Source: the human T2T-CHM13v2.0 reference genome, Homo sapiens
Direction: 5' to 3' (one strand)
Assembly: GCF_009914755.1 (NCBI RefSeq)
Contig: NC_060934.1
DNA length: 64,000 nt
Shown here: in pieces, positions 26,671 through 41,968 of the stretch
Layout: each line of letters opens with the position of its first letter
Position numbering within the stretch: position 1 is the stretch's first letter
Made by a program: the position numbers and the translations under genes
Notes under the pieces: generated by a model
Databases searched by the model: none
Told to the model about the DNA's origin: nothing
Seen by the model: the letters and a program-made list of their open reading frames with translations, nothing else

Positions 26671-28844
26671 TGATTTCTTCTTCCTTAGAAATGTAAAGAT
26701 TTTCTGTTTTGTTTTGCTTTTAACCATAAAGATTGAAAAAGAGAAAAATGACTAGATTGCTGTAATGGAGATCCAGATACTTATACAGAGGTGGTTTCCA
26801 ATGTAAGCTAGACAGAATTAATGGGTGAATTTGAACTATCCATATAGCCAATGTGAATCATCATTCAGACAACAAATATTTCCTGACAACGTTCTCAGCC
26901 AGTCCTCCTGAAGGCACTGGGATATGACTGTGGAAAAGGCAAGGCATCTGCCTTCAAGGAGCTCACAACAATTCAGAAAAAGTGGCGGGGGCTTTTGTCT
27001 GATTTTTAAAAACCACCTTTATCGAGATATACTTCACATACTATACAATCCATCCACTTAAAATATACAATTCAATAGGTTTTGTATATTACATTATTGA
27101 TATTTAAATTTATGCTAAAATATTAATAGCATAACATTTACCATTTTAACCATTTTTAAAGTGTTGTCTGTTTGATCTTTTAATCAAAGGATTGTTTCTC
27201 TGTGTTAGGGTGCCTGCTGCCTACTAGGCCTATGGAGTCTTCTAAGAGAAGCATCCCTCTGCTGATGGGATGATAGCTGGATGTAGTCAGATGGCCACAT
27301 CCGGACCCCACGACCCAATCTTGTCCTGCCTGCTTCATACAAAGCCATACACAGGTGCCCCAGCTAGGGGAGCTGTGGAGCACAAGACTTCTGGGTGTGC
27401 ACTCCATTGGTTGCTGGCCAGCAGTCTTCAAGGTGGTTGAGTTCTTCCTGCCGCACAGGCTGGACAGTCAAGTGCTCCTCTTGCGTGGCTTGTGAGTAAA
27501 GGTAAATGCATTAGCCCTTATTCCTGCCTCACTGGTTCCCTTCAGTTAAAGGATAAATACCAAAGGGAAGCTGGTGAGGCATCTGAACATGCCCCTCCAT
27601 CATTTAATCACTAATCATCAATTACTTTTTTTAATTAAATAATTATTTGGGTTTTTGGCCAAATTACTCATTGACATGAATGAGTTTATTTGTTCAAGCA
27701 TCGAAAAATCCCAAAAAGCACCCAGTGGAAAGCCTTCTTCCCACTCCTAACTCCTATCTGCCAACTCCCTATCCCTCTCAGCCAGGGACTAGCGTTATTA
27801 GATTTGTCTTTTGCTTTTATTACCTTTTCCTTTCAGACATCTTAAAGCGTTTAAAGCCAATACAAACGTATATTCCTCTCCTCTCTTCTTTTATCATAAA
27901 TAGTACCATATTATATACTTTCTTCTGCAACTTGCATTTTTCACTTAATATATTTGGAGAGCTTTCATGCTACTTTTTTATTATCACAAATAACAAGAAA
28001 TCAAGACTCCTGATGGGAAGAATTTTTGCAAAGTATTTAGTTAGTACCTGATAACTAACATGTGAGTTATTTACAATCAGTGTCTACAGAGTACACTGAA
28101 ATTTACACCTAGGTAATATACAGCCTAAACTACCTAGTCACTTAAATGGAAAGAGACCTCATTTCTACCTGAATTATCTAGGCAACTGTGGTTGATTAGA
28201 GTGGATCTAAAAATACATGAATCTTCCCCATTTCCCTTCAGGGAAAAACTCTGGATCTTGATCCCAACTTCTCTTCAAAATCAGCATAACTGGATTGTGG
28301 CTTGAATTGATTTGCCAATGTTTCAAATGTAAGGCAATGCTCAGAAAGATGAGAAATGGCTCAGTGGGAACCATTTTGTATTCTAGAACACCAACAGAAC
28401 ACTGAACAGTAAATAAAGAGCCCTGAAATGTGAAAACCATTTACCGGAATGCAAGGTTTTGGCAGATTCTGAATTAGTAGATCAGCTCCCCAAGAAAAAC
28501 CACATCATTAATCAAAAATGAAAAAAATTCTCCTTTCAAGAGTGATATATACTGTGAGAAACTGGACTCAACTTGAAAATTCATCTAGTCACTGTAGCTG
28601 GGCTATTCCTGAGCAAAGCTCTTGATGACCAGCCAGCCAGTGCCCAGGACACACCACGAAGGTGAATGGAATTAATTGCATCTGAGGAAACAATGGGGGT
28701 ACAGAGATGGGTTACTGAGGATTAAAAGGGACTAAATTTAATATACCTCAACTGATAATACTTTCCTTTTGACCTTACATGGGTAAATAAAACGAGGTGA
28801 GAAAATGGGAAAATTGCATTTTGGTGAAAATATTTCATGTATAG

Positions 28845-29279
28845 CAGCAGTCCCCAACCTTTTTGGCACTCACTAGAGACCAGTTTCGTGGAAGACAACT
28901 TTTCCACAGGCTGGGGAGGGGGATGGTTTTGGATAATCATAAAACTCACCATAAGGTAGAATCAGTGGGAGCCCTGAGCTTGTTTGCCTGCAACTAGATG
29001 GTCCCATCGGGGGATGATGGGAGACAGTGACAGATCATCAGGCATTAGATTCTCATAAGGAGCATGCAATCTAGATCCCTCACGTGCACAGTTCACAATA
29101 GGGTTCATGCTCCCATGAGAATCTAATGCCACACTGATCTGACAGGAAGCAGAGCTCAGTGGGTAATGCCAGCAATATGGAGTGGCTGGCTCACCCACCA
29201 CTCACCTCCTGCTGTGTGGCCAGTTCCTAACAGGCCAAGGACCTGTACTGGTCCATGGCCTGGGGGTTGGGGACCCCTG
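28845..29279 (+). mobile_element. MER1A (hAT-Charlie MITE), internally deleted
   Basis: cagcagtccccaacctttttggcac...gaatcagtgggagccctgagcttg...ggggttggggacccctg. Confidence 0.9.
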
Positions 29280-30679
29280 ATATACATGTGTCTGTGATGA
29301 CATTCACCATCGCCCTGTTAAATCTTCCTCTCCTTATTAAATTATCATCCAAGTCCGTCCACCAGCTATCTCATCCCACCCTCCTTCACTCATTGCATCT
29401 CAGCCCTCAATCCTTTTAAATTGGATACCCACTTTAGTGCTAGTGAAACAAACAGGCTGCACATAGTCGAGTACCTCCTAGTCCAGCACAGACTCTACTC
29501 ACGAAGATGATGAATGGAGCCCGCTACCTTGGCCTTCAGGCTCTGGCATGCTCAAGAATTCACAGAACTTTAATATTTTTCCCAGATGTCTCATAATTGT
29601 GCCAATTTAATGTTTTAAAAATAATCTATATTTTATTTCCCTAATCCCATTAACAGATTTATGACTTAACATTTCGTCAATTGCACAAACTCGTGGGGTT
29701 TTTGCCAGAGAAAGCAAGTTTAATCACTGGAAGCTGTCTGTTGCAACATTTATTCTTAAACCTCAAGTAAGCGGGAGTGGTGGAGAGATTTTGTGTGTGC
29801 CTGGGGAGATATTCATTTGTGCCACTTGCCCCAAAGCCTATGTCACAGCTCCGGCAAGGAGAACACTGGGGTTTGTGAGCACATTGTTTTTGGAGAAGGA
29901 TAACGTGGCAGGAGTTTGTTATTTAATAACCAGTTGCCTTCTGAGCTGGAGAGTTAATCACTACCATTAAGTACTGATCACTCCAGGTGAGAAGATGAGA
30001 ACAGTTCCACATTTGCAAAAGTTTGGAAGTCAAAAAGCTAATAGGCTAATGCCATCGAAACTTGTCAAGAATGTTGTTTTCCCTTCTGATTGCGTTTGAG
30101 CTTCATTACCTTGCTTTTTCATGAAGTTCTTTTTTTTCTAAATGGAAATTAAAATAAAACAACTAGATCCTGGGGAACTGCCCCTTTCCAGGTTTTATCT
30201 GTCTATCATGTTTGAAATTTTTTACAATAAGCCCATATAATTTTTATAATTAGAAAAAGCAATTGACCTTCCTTAAAACAAAAGAAAACTGTTTTTTTTT
30301 TTTTCATTCTTGTTTTTGTCTGGCTCAGCCTTCTGTGGCTCACAGGAGTAGCTCGAGGTTTAAGGATGTTTATTCAATTGTGATAAACAACAGCAGATTT
30401 TTGTTTGTGCTTTCTGACTCTATGAAAGACGAGATACATGAAGGCCATTTCCAAGTAAGACAGCAAAATTAAAAGCAACAAAGAAGGTAGAGATAAAACG
30501 GTCATCATTTCTATCCTACTAAGCATTTGTCTTCAGTTTGTCTTTCAGTTCCCCGAAGCCATTCTGCACACTCTGCCAGGAATCAGCTTTGGCTTTAAAA
30601 GCCAGAGAAATTAACACACAGGAGTGGGAGTGGTGTGGCTTATGGAGGAATAAATTCAGCTGACACTGGCTCTATGACA

Positions 30680-31025
30680 CTGCCACTCAACCTTGCCGGC
30701 AGTTTTAGTCACCTGGGGAGCTTTACAAAACACTGATATCTGTGTCCACCCCTAGAGATTCGGATGCCATCACTCGGGATGCGGGCCAGGTGATTCTATT
30801 GTGTAGTCAAAGTCAAGAACCTTCACTGGTCTCCTCCCCTTTCTACCCTCCGCTGCTGCCAAAGCCCTCCTTTTTAAAGTGTGGTCCAGGGACTCACAGC
30901 ACCAGCAACACCTGGGAGCTTGGTAGAAATGCAGAATTTCAGACTCCGGCCCAGAACTTCTAAATCAGAATCTATGTTTTAATAAGGTCCCCAGGTGTAC
31001 TGTGTGCACATTAAACTTTAACCTT
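30680..31025. mobile_element. Two MER5A-type hAT-Charlie MITEs
   Basis: tcacctggggagcttt...caggtgattct; aaagtgtggtcc...acctgggagcttggtagaaatgcagaat. Confidence 0.75.
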
Positions 31026-31107
31026 CATAGCTCTTGCCCGGACTCATCCAGTCTCCAGAGGGATCTTCTGTTCTCTATTCTCTCCCATTTCAAAGCAATC
31101 TCCATAT

Positions 31108-32145
31108 TGAAGTGATCCAGAATAAGCCACTGTGGCATAAAAGTTATTTTGAGCTGAAGGCATTTGAGTTTCCAAAATCCCTTATCTACCTAAAAGAAGA
31201 GCCTCCACAAAACCCAAAAAACTAAATTGTCATAAATTCCCTCCCCAGGAGCAACTCTAATCCCTACTCCCTGAGGACCAAAAAGTATCTGAGACACGTA
31301 TCAATCAATTTGGTAACTTTATTTTGCCAAGGGTAAGGACACACCCGTGACACAGCCTCAGGAGGTCCTGCAGACACATGCTCAAGATGGTTGGGGTACA
31401 GTTTGCTTTTATGCATGTTAGGGAGACACGAGACATCAATCAATACATGTAAGGTTTGCATTGGTTTGATCTGGAAGGGTGGGACAACTCAAAGGGAGCA
31501 GGGCACTTCCAGATCATAGGTAGATTTAAATATATTCTGATTGGCAATTGGTTGAAAAAGCTATTGTCAGTAGAAAGGAATGTATGGGTTAAGATAAAGG
31601 GTGGTGGAGATCAAGGTTTTATTGTGCAGCCTCCAGGTAGCAGGCTTCAGAGAGACTAGATTGTAAATGTTTCTTATCAGACTTAAGGTCCATATTGATG
31701 GTAATGCTGGAGGGGTATAGTTAAGCATGTTCGACCCCCAGTTCCCATCATGGCCTGAACTGGGGGGTGCTGGGAGGCCTTTGAATTTTATTTTTGGTTT
31801 ACATCTCAAACAAACTTCACAAAACCATCATATCTCTTATCTTTTCTCCTAAGGCCATATTTATTTTTCCAAAAAGACAATCGTTTTTCCATAAGTGACC
31901 CTTCTCCCCTTCGTCTAAGAAGTCATTTCTCCCAGAGGTGTCCCTTCCCCTGTTAAGATGATACATAAGCCCCAAATTCTAACTGCTTCCTTGGGTCACA
32001 CTTCTTTGTGAACTCCCACACATACATATGTAATTAAATCTGAGGGTTTTTTTCTCTCGCTATGTTGTCTTTTTTTTTCAGTTTAATTTTCAGGCCCTCA
32101 ATACAAAACCTAAGAGAGTAGAGGAAAAGGGTTCCCTCCCTGAAA
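31108..32145 (+). mobile_element. ERV1 solo LTR, MER34-like, split by MER4B
   Basis: tgaagtgatccagaata..ggcataaaagttattttgagctgaaggca; 3' part resumes 31804 and ends aaacctaagagagtagaggaaaa.. Confidence 0.7.
31272..31803 (-). mobile_element. ERV1 solo LTR, MER4B-like
   Basis: Minus strand starts tgtaaaccaaaaataaaattc; acacagcctcaggaggtcctg; TSD tccc/tctc. Confidence 0.85.
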
Positions 32146-32174
32146 CTGTGCACATGATTACATCACATGCATGC

Positions 32175-32920
32175 TGATACGGACAGGAAGCAGAAGGGCG
32201 TTTCCCCAGCAAAGGCCCCGCCCCCAAGCCTGGAAACCCACGGCCCTAAATGGGAACAAGCTTTCCTGTTTTCATGCCCAAATGTTGCCTTCTCCAAGGT
32301 CACTCTGGCTCACCACACCCCTATCGTGTGTCCATATAAACCCCAAGCTCCATGAGCAGAAAAAAAGAAGAGTAGAAGAACGGCAGGGCGGTGAGGCAGA
32401 GAAGGAGAGAAGAGAAGGTGCGTCTGAATGTTGGGAGGGGTTCGGCTGGGGATGGTCAGAGAGGAGACTGGCCGAGGGACAGCTGGACTCCAGGGGGAAG
32501 ATAATCTTCCAGTCCATCTCCTTTCCAGCTCCCCATCCATCCCTCTGAGAGACACCTCCATTACTCAATAAAATCCCCACATTCACCATCCTCCAAGTCC
32601 GAGTGACCTCATTCTTCCTGGACGCTGGGCAAAGACCTGGGTACCAAGAAGGCAGGGTATAAAAGGCTGTCACCCTGACTCTCCACTGAGCTGGTTTAAC
32701 ACTTAGCCATTTGTGAACAGCAACTGCTAAGGGCATTAATTGTAACACACTCTAGATGCTACCATGGGGCCGGAGCCCAAAAGTGCTCACCCTGGCTCCT
32801 GCACCTGCCTGTCTGCATGCTCCCTCTCCAGAAAAGGGTTTGAGCACACCGCGGGCCAAGCAAATGAGCCACACCCCTGTTGCAAGTCCTGCAAAGGGGT
32901 CAAGGAACTCTCTTGTTTCA
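32175..32920 (+). mobile_element. ERV1 solo LTR, MER50
   Basis: tgatacggacagg...caaaggcccc...gccctaaatg...tgtttca; perfect 4-bp TSD atgc. Confidence 0.9.
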
Positions 32921-33315
32921 ATGCCTATAGGATAAATTATAAACTCCTTAACATGGCAACAAGACTGCTCAAAACTAGGCTCCAGCACACCTCTCTAGAC
33001 ATATGGTGTGTTCCAGGCTCCTTGAAACTTGGCCCATCAGACATGTTCAAACCTAGACATTAAAACCCTTTCATGAATCTGTGCCTTTGCACAGACTTCC
33101 CTCTCGTCTGTTTTTCTCTCTCTTCTCCCCTGGTGATCACTGACTCTTCAAGACCAGCTATAATGTTGTCCCATCCAGTATAGCTTTCTCTATTTTCTTC
33201 TACAAAAGGGTTCCCAATGCCCCCAGTCTGTGACCCTAGCACCTAGCATAGTACCTAGTACATAGGAAGTACTCAAAAAAAATGTATTTGAATAAATGGA
33301 TGGATGGGTAGATGG
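32921..33315 (+). mobile_element. L2 3' portion (host of the MER34/MER50 insertions)
   Basis: aaactccttaacatggc...ccctagcacctagcatagtacct...gaataaatggatgg. Confidence 0.7.
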
Positions 33316-33483
33316 ACTAAAACCCTTGTTTCCCAAATCTCTTCATTTACAATATTCAAAAATATTTAAACGTTGGTTCTACCCTTAGTTCCAAACAAGA
33401 GGAACCTCTGTCCTAGGTTCTGAAATTCTGAGGGTTCTGCATATCACAAATACACACAATGAATGTTTTGAAAAATACACAGG

Positions 33484-34209
<726 letters not shown>

Positions 34210-34988
34210 CTATTCCTTGAAACAAAAAGTAACTGAGCCTGAATGCCACAAAGGTTTGTGGGTTGTACCTGCATGTGTCAAAAACAGACACTGCTTCAAA
34301 ATCAGGGAGGACCTGAGCAGTAGAAGTGCTTAGGTAAGATAAATCACTAATTAATTACCTTATCAACTCCATCTTCTGAGATCAGGCAAACAAAATGGAT
34401 TCTCACATAAAGAAGCATTTTTTCTCTGTGGTACTGAGAGTCTATTTTCTTCTGTCTCTTCATATTCTAATTTGTGGCCCAGAAGTCCTGAAGAATTAGT
34501 GCATAATTTGCAACTGTTGCATCTAATATCTGAAGAATATTTTTCAATAGTTAAATAATTCATATTGCTCTTAAATTTGCATGTATGTGGATCTAGCTAT
34601 GGCATGCATGAAGCCTGGTACCAACTCCTACATGCACAACTAGATGGCCATTGAACACTAGAATTGGAAGTAATCCTGTTATTGTAAACTATTCAATAAG
34701 ATAGAGCTAAATTTTCAAAATTAAATTAAAAATTTTATTTCTTAAAAATGTTTCATTTTTATATTTGTTAATGATGCTATTTTTTATTTAATTTTAAAAT
34801 TTAACATCTCTTAAAAGTAATATTTAAAAATATAAAGATAATTTTTTTGTCACATTTGCTTTTTATTTTATTTTATTTTTTTCACGTTTGCTTTTTAATA
34901 CAAATATATTTAAATTGTTTTTTCTTAAAAGACAATTACATTCTATTTTTAGTGTTTAAATGACCGAGAATAAATATAAGGCAAGATC

Positions 34989-37550
34989 ATGACAGGAATA
35001 AAAATAGTAGAACGCAAAAAGAAAAAAACTAAAAAGAAAAAAAACCTATAATACCTTCAAAGAAATGGTTTGCTTAAATTTTGTAAAACTGAAATAATAA
35101 AAGTGAAAAGTCTTATACAAAAGCATGAGACACATAAAGTTTGCTAGTAAGACATTACAACTGCTACATTTAATAAAGTTTTAATTATGAATCAAAACAA
35201 GATAAATGAGCAAGAAAATGATTCTCATCAAATTCACAACTTCAAGAGGTCGATGAAATCCCTGGAACTTCACATTCTTCAGTACATGAAGATTTAATTA
35301 GTGCTCAGAGCAATGAGAATGAAAAAGAGGATTGTTCATAACCAATTCACAACTCAGGAGTGCAACTCCGGCTTGCCCTTTAGAAGGGGAAGAAATATCC
35401 GCCTTGAAGGCAGCAACCTGGATGAGAAAGAGCAAGTCTCCAGAGCACCCCTCATTAAAGGTCGATCCTAAAAATGGCACTCATCCCCCTCACAGCATGA
35501 GAATGTTTCTAGCAAAACACAATCTGATTCAAATTAGCAAATACGATGTTTCACTGGGTGAGCATGGCAGGAAACTTAGTATTTCATTTTAGACCAACAT
35601 TCTTTCAAATGGAAAAAGAATATCTAGAGACAGTTTTTCATATTTCAAAGTGAAAACTTGAACTTTTTGATTATATGGGTTACGTGATTCACACCAATTT
35701 TCCAGATGAGTTTTAGCCAAATAAGTTATTTTTGACCAGAAACATTTGGATTTTTAATTAAAATAACACAAAATGTCATTCACACCATAAAAAAATACGC
35801 ATGCAAATACTAGACATTTAAAAATAGGCCAAACCCCCAATAATATTCAACAATGATAAGCGCACACCAGATTAGAACATTGTTGTGATGTTCTGAAAAA
35901 AAATATTAGGGGTCCAATATGTAACCAAGAGAAATGATGCTTTTCACGTATTAACAAGCACCATATTCATAGAAGCAATAAAAGAATTCTAGGTTTAATA
36001 GAAATAACTCCAATTTTTATGCTAGAAGGGCCAAAAATGTAATATGAATAAAAGTAATAAAACAATCACTATCTAGGATGAATAATTCAAAATGAGATTA
36101 CTAATTTAGTAGGTAATAGAGTGAGAGAATAAATCATACGTAACACACAAAAGTAGGTAAATATTACTCAATGCAATTAGATGATGGTAACAGGGACAAA
36201 GATCATGTTGAACAACTAACATATGTGATATGTATTGTTGAAGAATGAAACAAGAACATATTAATTACATTGTCTCCACACCTAGAAGTACAGGTTTTGA
36301 TTTAAATGAGGAACTGGAAAGATAACTTACAATTTTAGGAATTAAGTTAAAAGATTGTGAAGCTAAGTCTATGAAAATGGCAGGAACATACTTGGTAAAG
36401 GAAAAGGTGTATAGGTCAGAATTTTGGCCGAAAATTCAGCAGCATCCACTGTAAAGCCCATAGTATAAATCTGTTGCTAGGACACGTGGTCTCAACTTGA
36501 CCTGTGGTAATGCAACTTTCAGAACAATTAAGCAAGTCTGAAGGGTAGTTTCTGGACCCACCCAAAGAGGGAACATCTTCGTGAAACATATATCCAGTTT
36601 GACCTTACAAGCTCTCTCAGCATATGGTGGGAATGCCAACTAAATGCTGTTCAAGGAATTAGATTTCATTTAAACAAGACAGGAGAAGAGTTAGGCAAAG
36701 TAACAGAAGATCTACAAAAAAAGTGCATGAATAGAAAATTAAATTTACTTTGAATTTGCACTATCCATAATCTTTTGGTATACATTGTTGCTTGCTCTCA
36801 ATTATATTATCAGAAGCTTTCAAAAGAAAAAATAATTTAAGTGTGGCTACCTCATCTTTTAAATATTAAAACGAATTTTTTGAAATCTTAAAGGAAGAGT
36901 TTTCTAAATCAAAAGAAAATACACGTAAAATGTGTGACATTCCAATAAAATGTAAAGAAATTAGAACAAGGAAACAAAAATAATTGTGTCACTGGGAAGA
37001 AGAGCTACATAAAAATAATTCCCAAATGAATTTTCCTTAGATAATATTTTGGGGGTACTGTGGATCAGAGAAGAGTCTTAGTTGAGTAGGGATATGAAAA
37101 AATTGAGCAATTTACTGACATTTTCAGCTTTCTTCATAATATCCCAGCATTGAAAAATTTGAAAGAAGAAATTGAGAAATATTAAATCAATCTAGACACT
37201 GCTTTAAGAGATGGCTAAAATTGCTAAATACATGGTTATTGTATATATGACAAAATTATAATAATTTATAACATTTTCTGCAATAATTTATCATATTACA
37301 TACATGATATGTAAAATTCATGGTCTATTTTGGCATCTAAGTATTACTGGAAGAAGTTTATTGATGACTTCAGCAGCTACTGCTTCAATTTGAAGTTAAT
37401 AAAAAACTAAGAACTATGATAACTCAAGAAATGTTGTCTAATTTGGCATTATTCCATGTGACATGTAAATTATATGGAAATCTTTATTATAACAAGATAA
37501 TTAGTGATTTTACTGAAATAAAAATGAGAAATATAAATTTTATGGAATAA
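34989..37550 (+). pseudogene. Decayed hAT (Tip100/Zaphod-type) transposase
   Basis: Manual translation: DP..MRMFLAKHNLIQISKYD..GRKLS..LSNGKRI; HYLG*IIQNEI..KYYSMQLDDGNRDKDHVEQLT; YENG..GV*VRIL..HCKAHSINL; LTLQALS..WEC; LKLIK/LRT..QEMLSNLAL..IISDF. Confidence 0.85.
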
Positions 37551-38335
37551 GTATATAATTTATGAGTTATGCATCCCAATTTTATTACCAATCCATCACC
37601 GAGCCATCAGTAAAATGCTTAAACATACACAATAATAATTAAATTTAGTTTTCTTTGAAATTTTGCCAACTTTCTGTCATGTACAAACTACAAACATATT
37701 TTTACCATATTTAACACATTTGTTTTTAGCATGCACTCATGTGCTGGGCCCCACCAATGTCAGGAGTTGACCTTCTTGTACCCAGAGACAGACATTTCAC
37801 CCCAGGCTCATCCACTGTCGCTCCTGGAACTTTAGCAACACTTTCATTTCTCTTCACCCTTTGTTTTTTAACTCAGCAGCTGGGAGGAAGTGGGGGTTAG
37901 GGGGGCACCGAGCATTGTACTTCCCTGCAGACCCCCAGGGGCTGGGGCTGCTGAGGGGCTGCTCAGCACCTGTCCCGACCCCTCTGCTGCCCTCCTGGCT
38001 GCTGATGGCTCCTGCCAGATGCCCTGTTGTAGCAGGATGTTGTTGGGAGTATGGCCACCACCACCACCTACCTCCCATGTGGACCACTTGTGCCACCCAA
38101 GAGGGCCTCCCTCTCTCCCCAACCTCGGTTCAGTAAACCCAGGGACCCCATGCGTACCTCCAGAAGTGCAGCTGTGTTCTCCAAGCCCAGTGACTGACAG
38201 CTCCCCCTAATGCCATGGCTGCCGTGAGGGAGGAGTAGCTCCCCCAAGTTTCCCCAAGGTGGGCCCTGCAGCCCCCGTTCAGCCTTGGCGTGTTGCCCTG
38301 GCTCCCCACATCTACGGATTTGAGGCCTTCTCTTC

Positions 38336-38830
38336 TTATTGATTTCCTGTCACTGCAATAACAGATTCCCACAGACTTAGTGGCTTAAAACAACACAAAT
38401 GTATCATCTCACAGTTCCAGAGGGTGGAAGTCCAAACCGGGTCTCCCTGAGCGAGGGTCAAGGTGTTGGCAGGACTGCTTCCTTCTGGGGCCTCGAGGGT
38501 GAATCTGTGCTCTTGGCTTTTCAGGCTTCTAGAAACTGCTTCATTCCTTGGCAGTGGCCCCTCCCTGGATCTTCAAAACCAGCAATGGCAGGTTGAGTCA
38601 TTCCCATGTCACCTGATGGTGACTCTTTCCTGCTTCCGTCTTCTACTCACGGGGACCCCTGTGATGACTTTGGGAGCACCTGGATGATCCAGGAAACTCT
38701 CCCCATCTGAGGGAATGGTTGGCAACCGTAATTCCAACTGCAACCTTCATTGTCCTGTGTCATAGCATATTCACAGGCTCTAGGGACTAGGTTGTGACAT
38801 CTTCAAGGGGCCATTATTCCACCTCCCACA
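38336..38830 (-). mobile_element. MaLR solo LTR, MLT1D-like
   Basis: acttagtggcttaaaacaacacaaatgtatcatctcacagttcc...caaggtgttggcagg...cctcccaca. Confidence 0.85.
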
Positions 38831-39483
38831 CCTTCCCAACCCTGGCTGTGCTGGCCCTGACTGAGAGGAGGGGGTTTCCACTTCCGTCACCTGGCAAGGG
38901 AACCTCCACAGCCCAAGAATATTAACATTTATCAGGTGCCGGGCATGGGCCTCATGTGTTTTATGTAATTCAATCCTCCCAACAAAAGTATGAGGTAAGT
39001 AAAATAATTCCCACCATTGTACAGGTGAGGAAACGGAGACATGGAAGGACTTGGTAGCGAGACCAAGGCCCCATAGCTAGAAATGGACAATGCTGAGATT
39101 TAAGGCAGAACATGGATTCCTACAGATTGATTCGGGTGGCCGTTCATCGGGGAACGGATGTTTATTGCCCACCTCCTAGTGCCAGGCGTAGTGCCCAGCT
39201 GGGGACACAGAACAGGGAACAGCACCGTTATGACCTCTGCTTCTCTGTAGGGAGGACTTCTCCCACACGGAGAACTCGGCTCTAGAATTGGATAGGGGCG
39301 AAGGTGATGGTGGGCTGAAAGGAAGGAGCGGGGACAGGCAAGCTTCTCCCACCCTGCAGTCTCCCCTCCTCCATTTCGTTTTGTATGTAGCAGCCAGGGT
39401 TGTTCTTAAACCCAGACCTGACAATTCTCTGCTGAAAAACCTTTCATGTCACTCCACTGCTCTCACCAGAAAGACCACACTCA

Positions 39484-39779
39484 GGCCAAGCACTGTGGTT
39501 CCCGCCTGAAATCCCAGCGCTTTGGGAGGTGGAGGCAAGAGGATTGCTTGAGCTCAGAAGTTCAAGACCACCCTGGGCAACACAGTGAGATCTCATCTCA
39601 AAACTTTTTAAAAAAATTAGCCAGGCAAGGTGGTGCATGCTTGTAGTCCTAACTATGTGGGAGGATTGGTTGAGCTCAGAAGTTTGAGGCTGCAGTAAGC
39701 TCTGATGGCACCACCGCACTCCAGCCTGGGCAACTGAGTGAGATCTTGTGTAAAAAAACAAAAACAAAACAAAACAAAA
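39484..39779 (+). mobile_element. AluJ inserted in an L2 (L2 about 39340-40275)
   Basis: ggattgcttgagctcagaagttcaagacc..tttgaggctgcagt; (AAAAC)n tail; L2 3' end tggatgggtgaatgaatgg at about 40260. Confidence 0.9.
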
Positions 39780-41140
39780 TCCTCTTAAACCTAGCTTATA
39801 AATCTTTAAACATGGGGCCTCCCCACCTCCCCAACCCATTCCCTCATCTTTCAAGACTCCTCCGCCCACAATCTATGCCCCAGACAGCCTGAAACCCCTT
39901 TCTTCCACGTCTTGCCTCTAGGCCTTTGAACATGCTGTTTCCTCAACCAAGCCTGCCTTTCCTGCTTCCCCCACCTCTCACTGCCTTTGCCATCTCCTCC
40001 CCTACCTCCTACTCCCCAACAGGACTTGGCTCAGAGCCATTCCCACCTAACTCCTTCAATGGGCAGCAGCCCACTAGAGACTCCATTTTCCTATTGCACA
40101 CTTGCCACTTCCTCATCTTTGTTCGTGACCAGATGCAAGTTCCTTGAGGTCAGGGGCTACCCGTCTAATCTGGTGTTGTACCGCCAGTGCCTGACATGGT
40201 GCCTGGCTTATGATGCTCAGAATATTTTTGTGGGTGGCTAGATGGATAAATGGATGGGTGAATGAATGGACTGACTGGTGCCTCAATTTTCCTGCCTTAA
40301 CCTGTTAATCCACTGCTACATCAGAGCCAGCCCTGCAGCACAGCCTTCAACATGAGCAACTCCTGCTCTCTGTAGCTCCAGCCCCAGCCTGGACCTATCT
40401 TTCAGAGCCATAATGCTGAGACAGTCCCTGAGTCTTGGATGAACACGTGAGTACCTCCACGTGGTAACTGTGAAGGAGCCATGGCACACCCATCTTTCAT
40501 GGAGCCGGGGCCTGCCCACCTCCTCCCTGGGCCAGCCACACCAGTGTTCCCAGTTCTTGAGTCCCTCTGGGTCCTTCCTGCTCCCCTAACTCCTGGATGG
40601 CTCTGCCTGAAGGACAGTCAGGACAATGCACAGTTCAGACGTGCTCTTGCTGCATGGGATGGGCCCTGCATGTGTAAAAAGCTGTGTGTTTTTCTGTAGA
40701 GGACTCACAGTGTCTACACCGGACAGTTTCTGTTTGCACGACGTTGAGTAAACTTCACATCCATCGGGGAAGTTACCCTTTGGGATTACTGATGAAGGTA
40801 CTCCTTTTGAGATGCTCTCATACAACTCCAAAAGATGCTCTGTCAGGGGCAGAGTGGTCCTATCTGATTTTTAGGGTTTATACATTTACTCTGAGAGTGA
40901 AACAACAGGACAAACATCATCTCACTGGCTTAAGAGGGCAGACAAAAAAGACCATTAGACAGATCATTCTTCCTGCCAGGGAGATAGCCCTATTAATACC
41001 TGCGCCCACACAGGCAAGCAGAATAAGAGGATTTCTCCATAGCTGGAAATTTATTTTTCCAAGAATGCTGAATAAATCCTGGTGGTTACTAACTAGCTAG
41101 GCTAAGACAAAAGGTCCTTTTCTTCCCAACTAATACACAT

Positions 41141-41968
<828 letters not shown>

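Noticed and set aside
34600-37700. AT-rich block as a NUMT or foreign/contaminant DNA
   Set aside because: Explained by hAT transposase motifs in the correct order.
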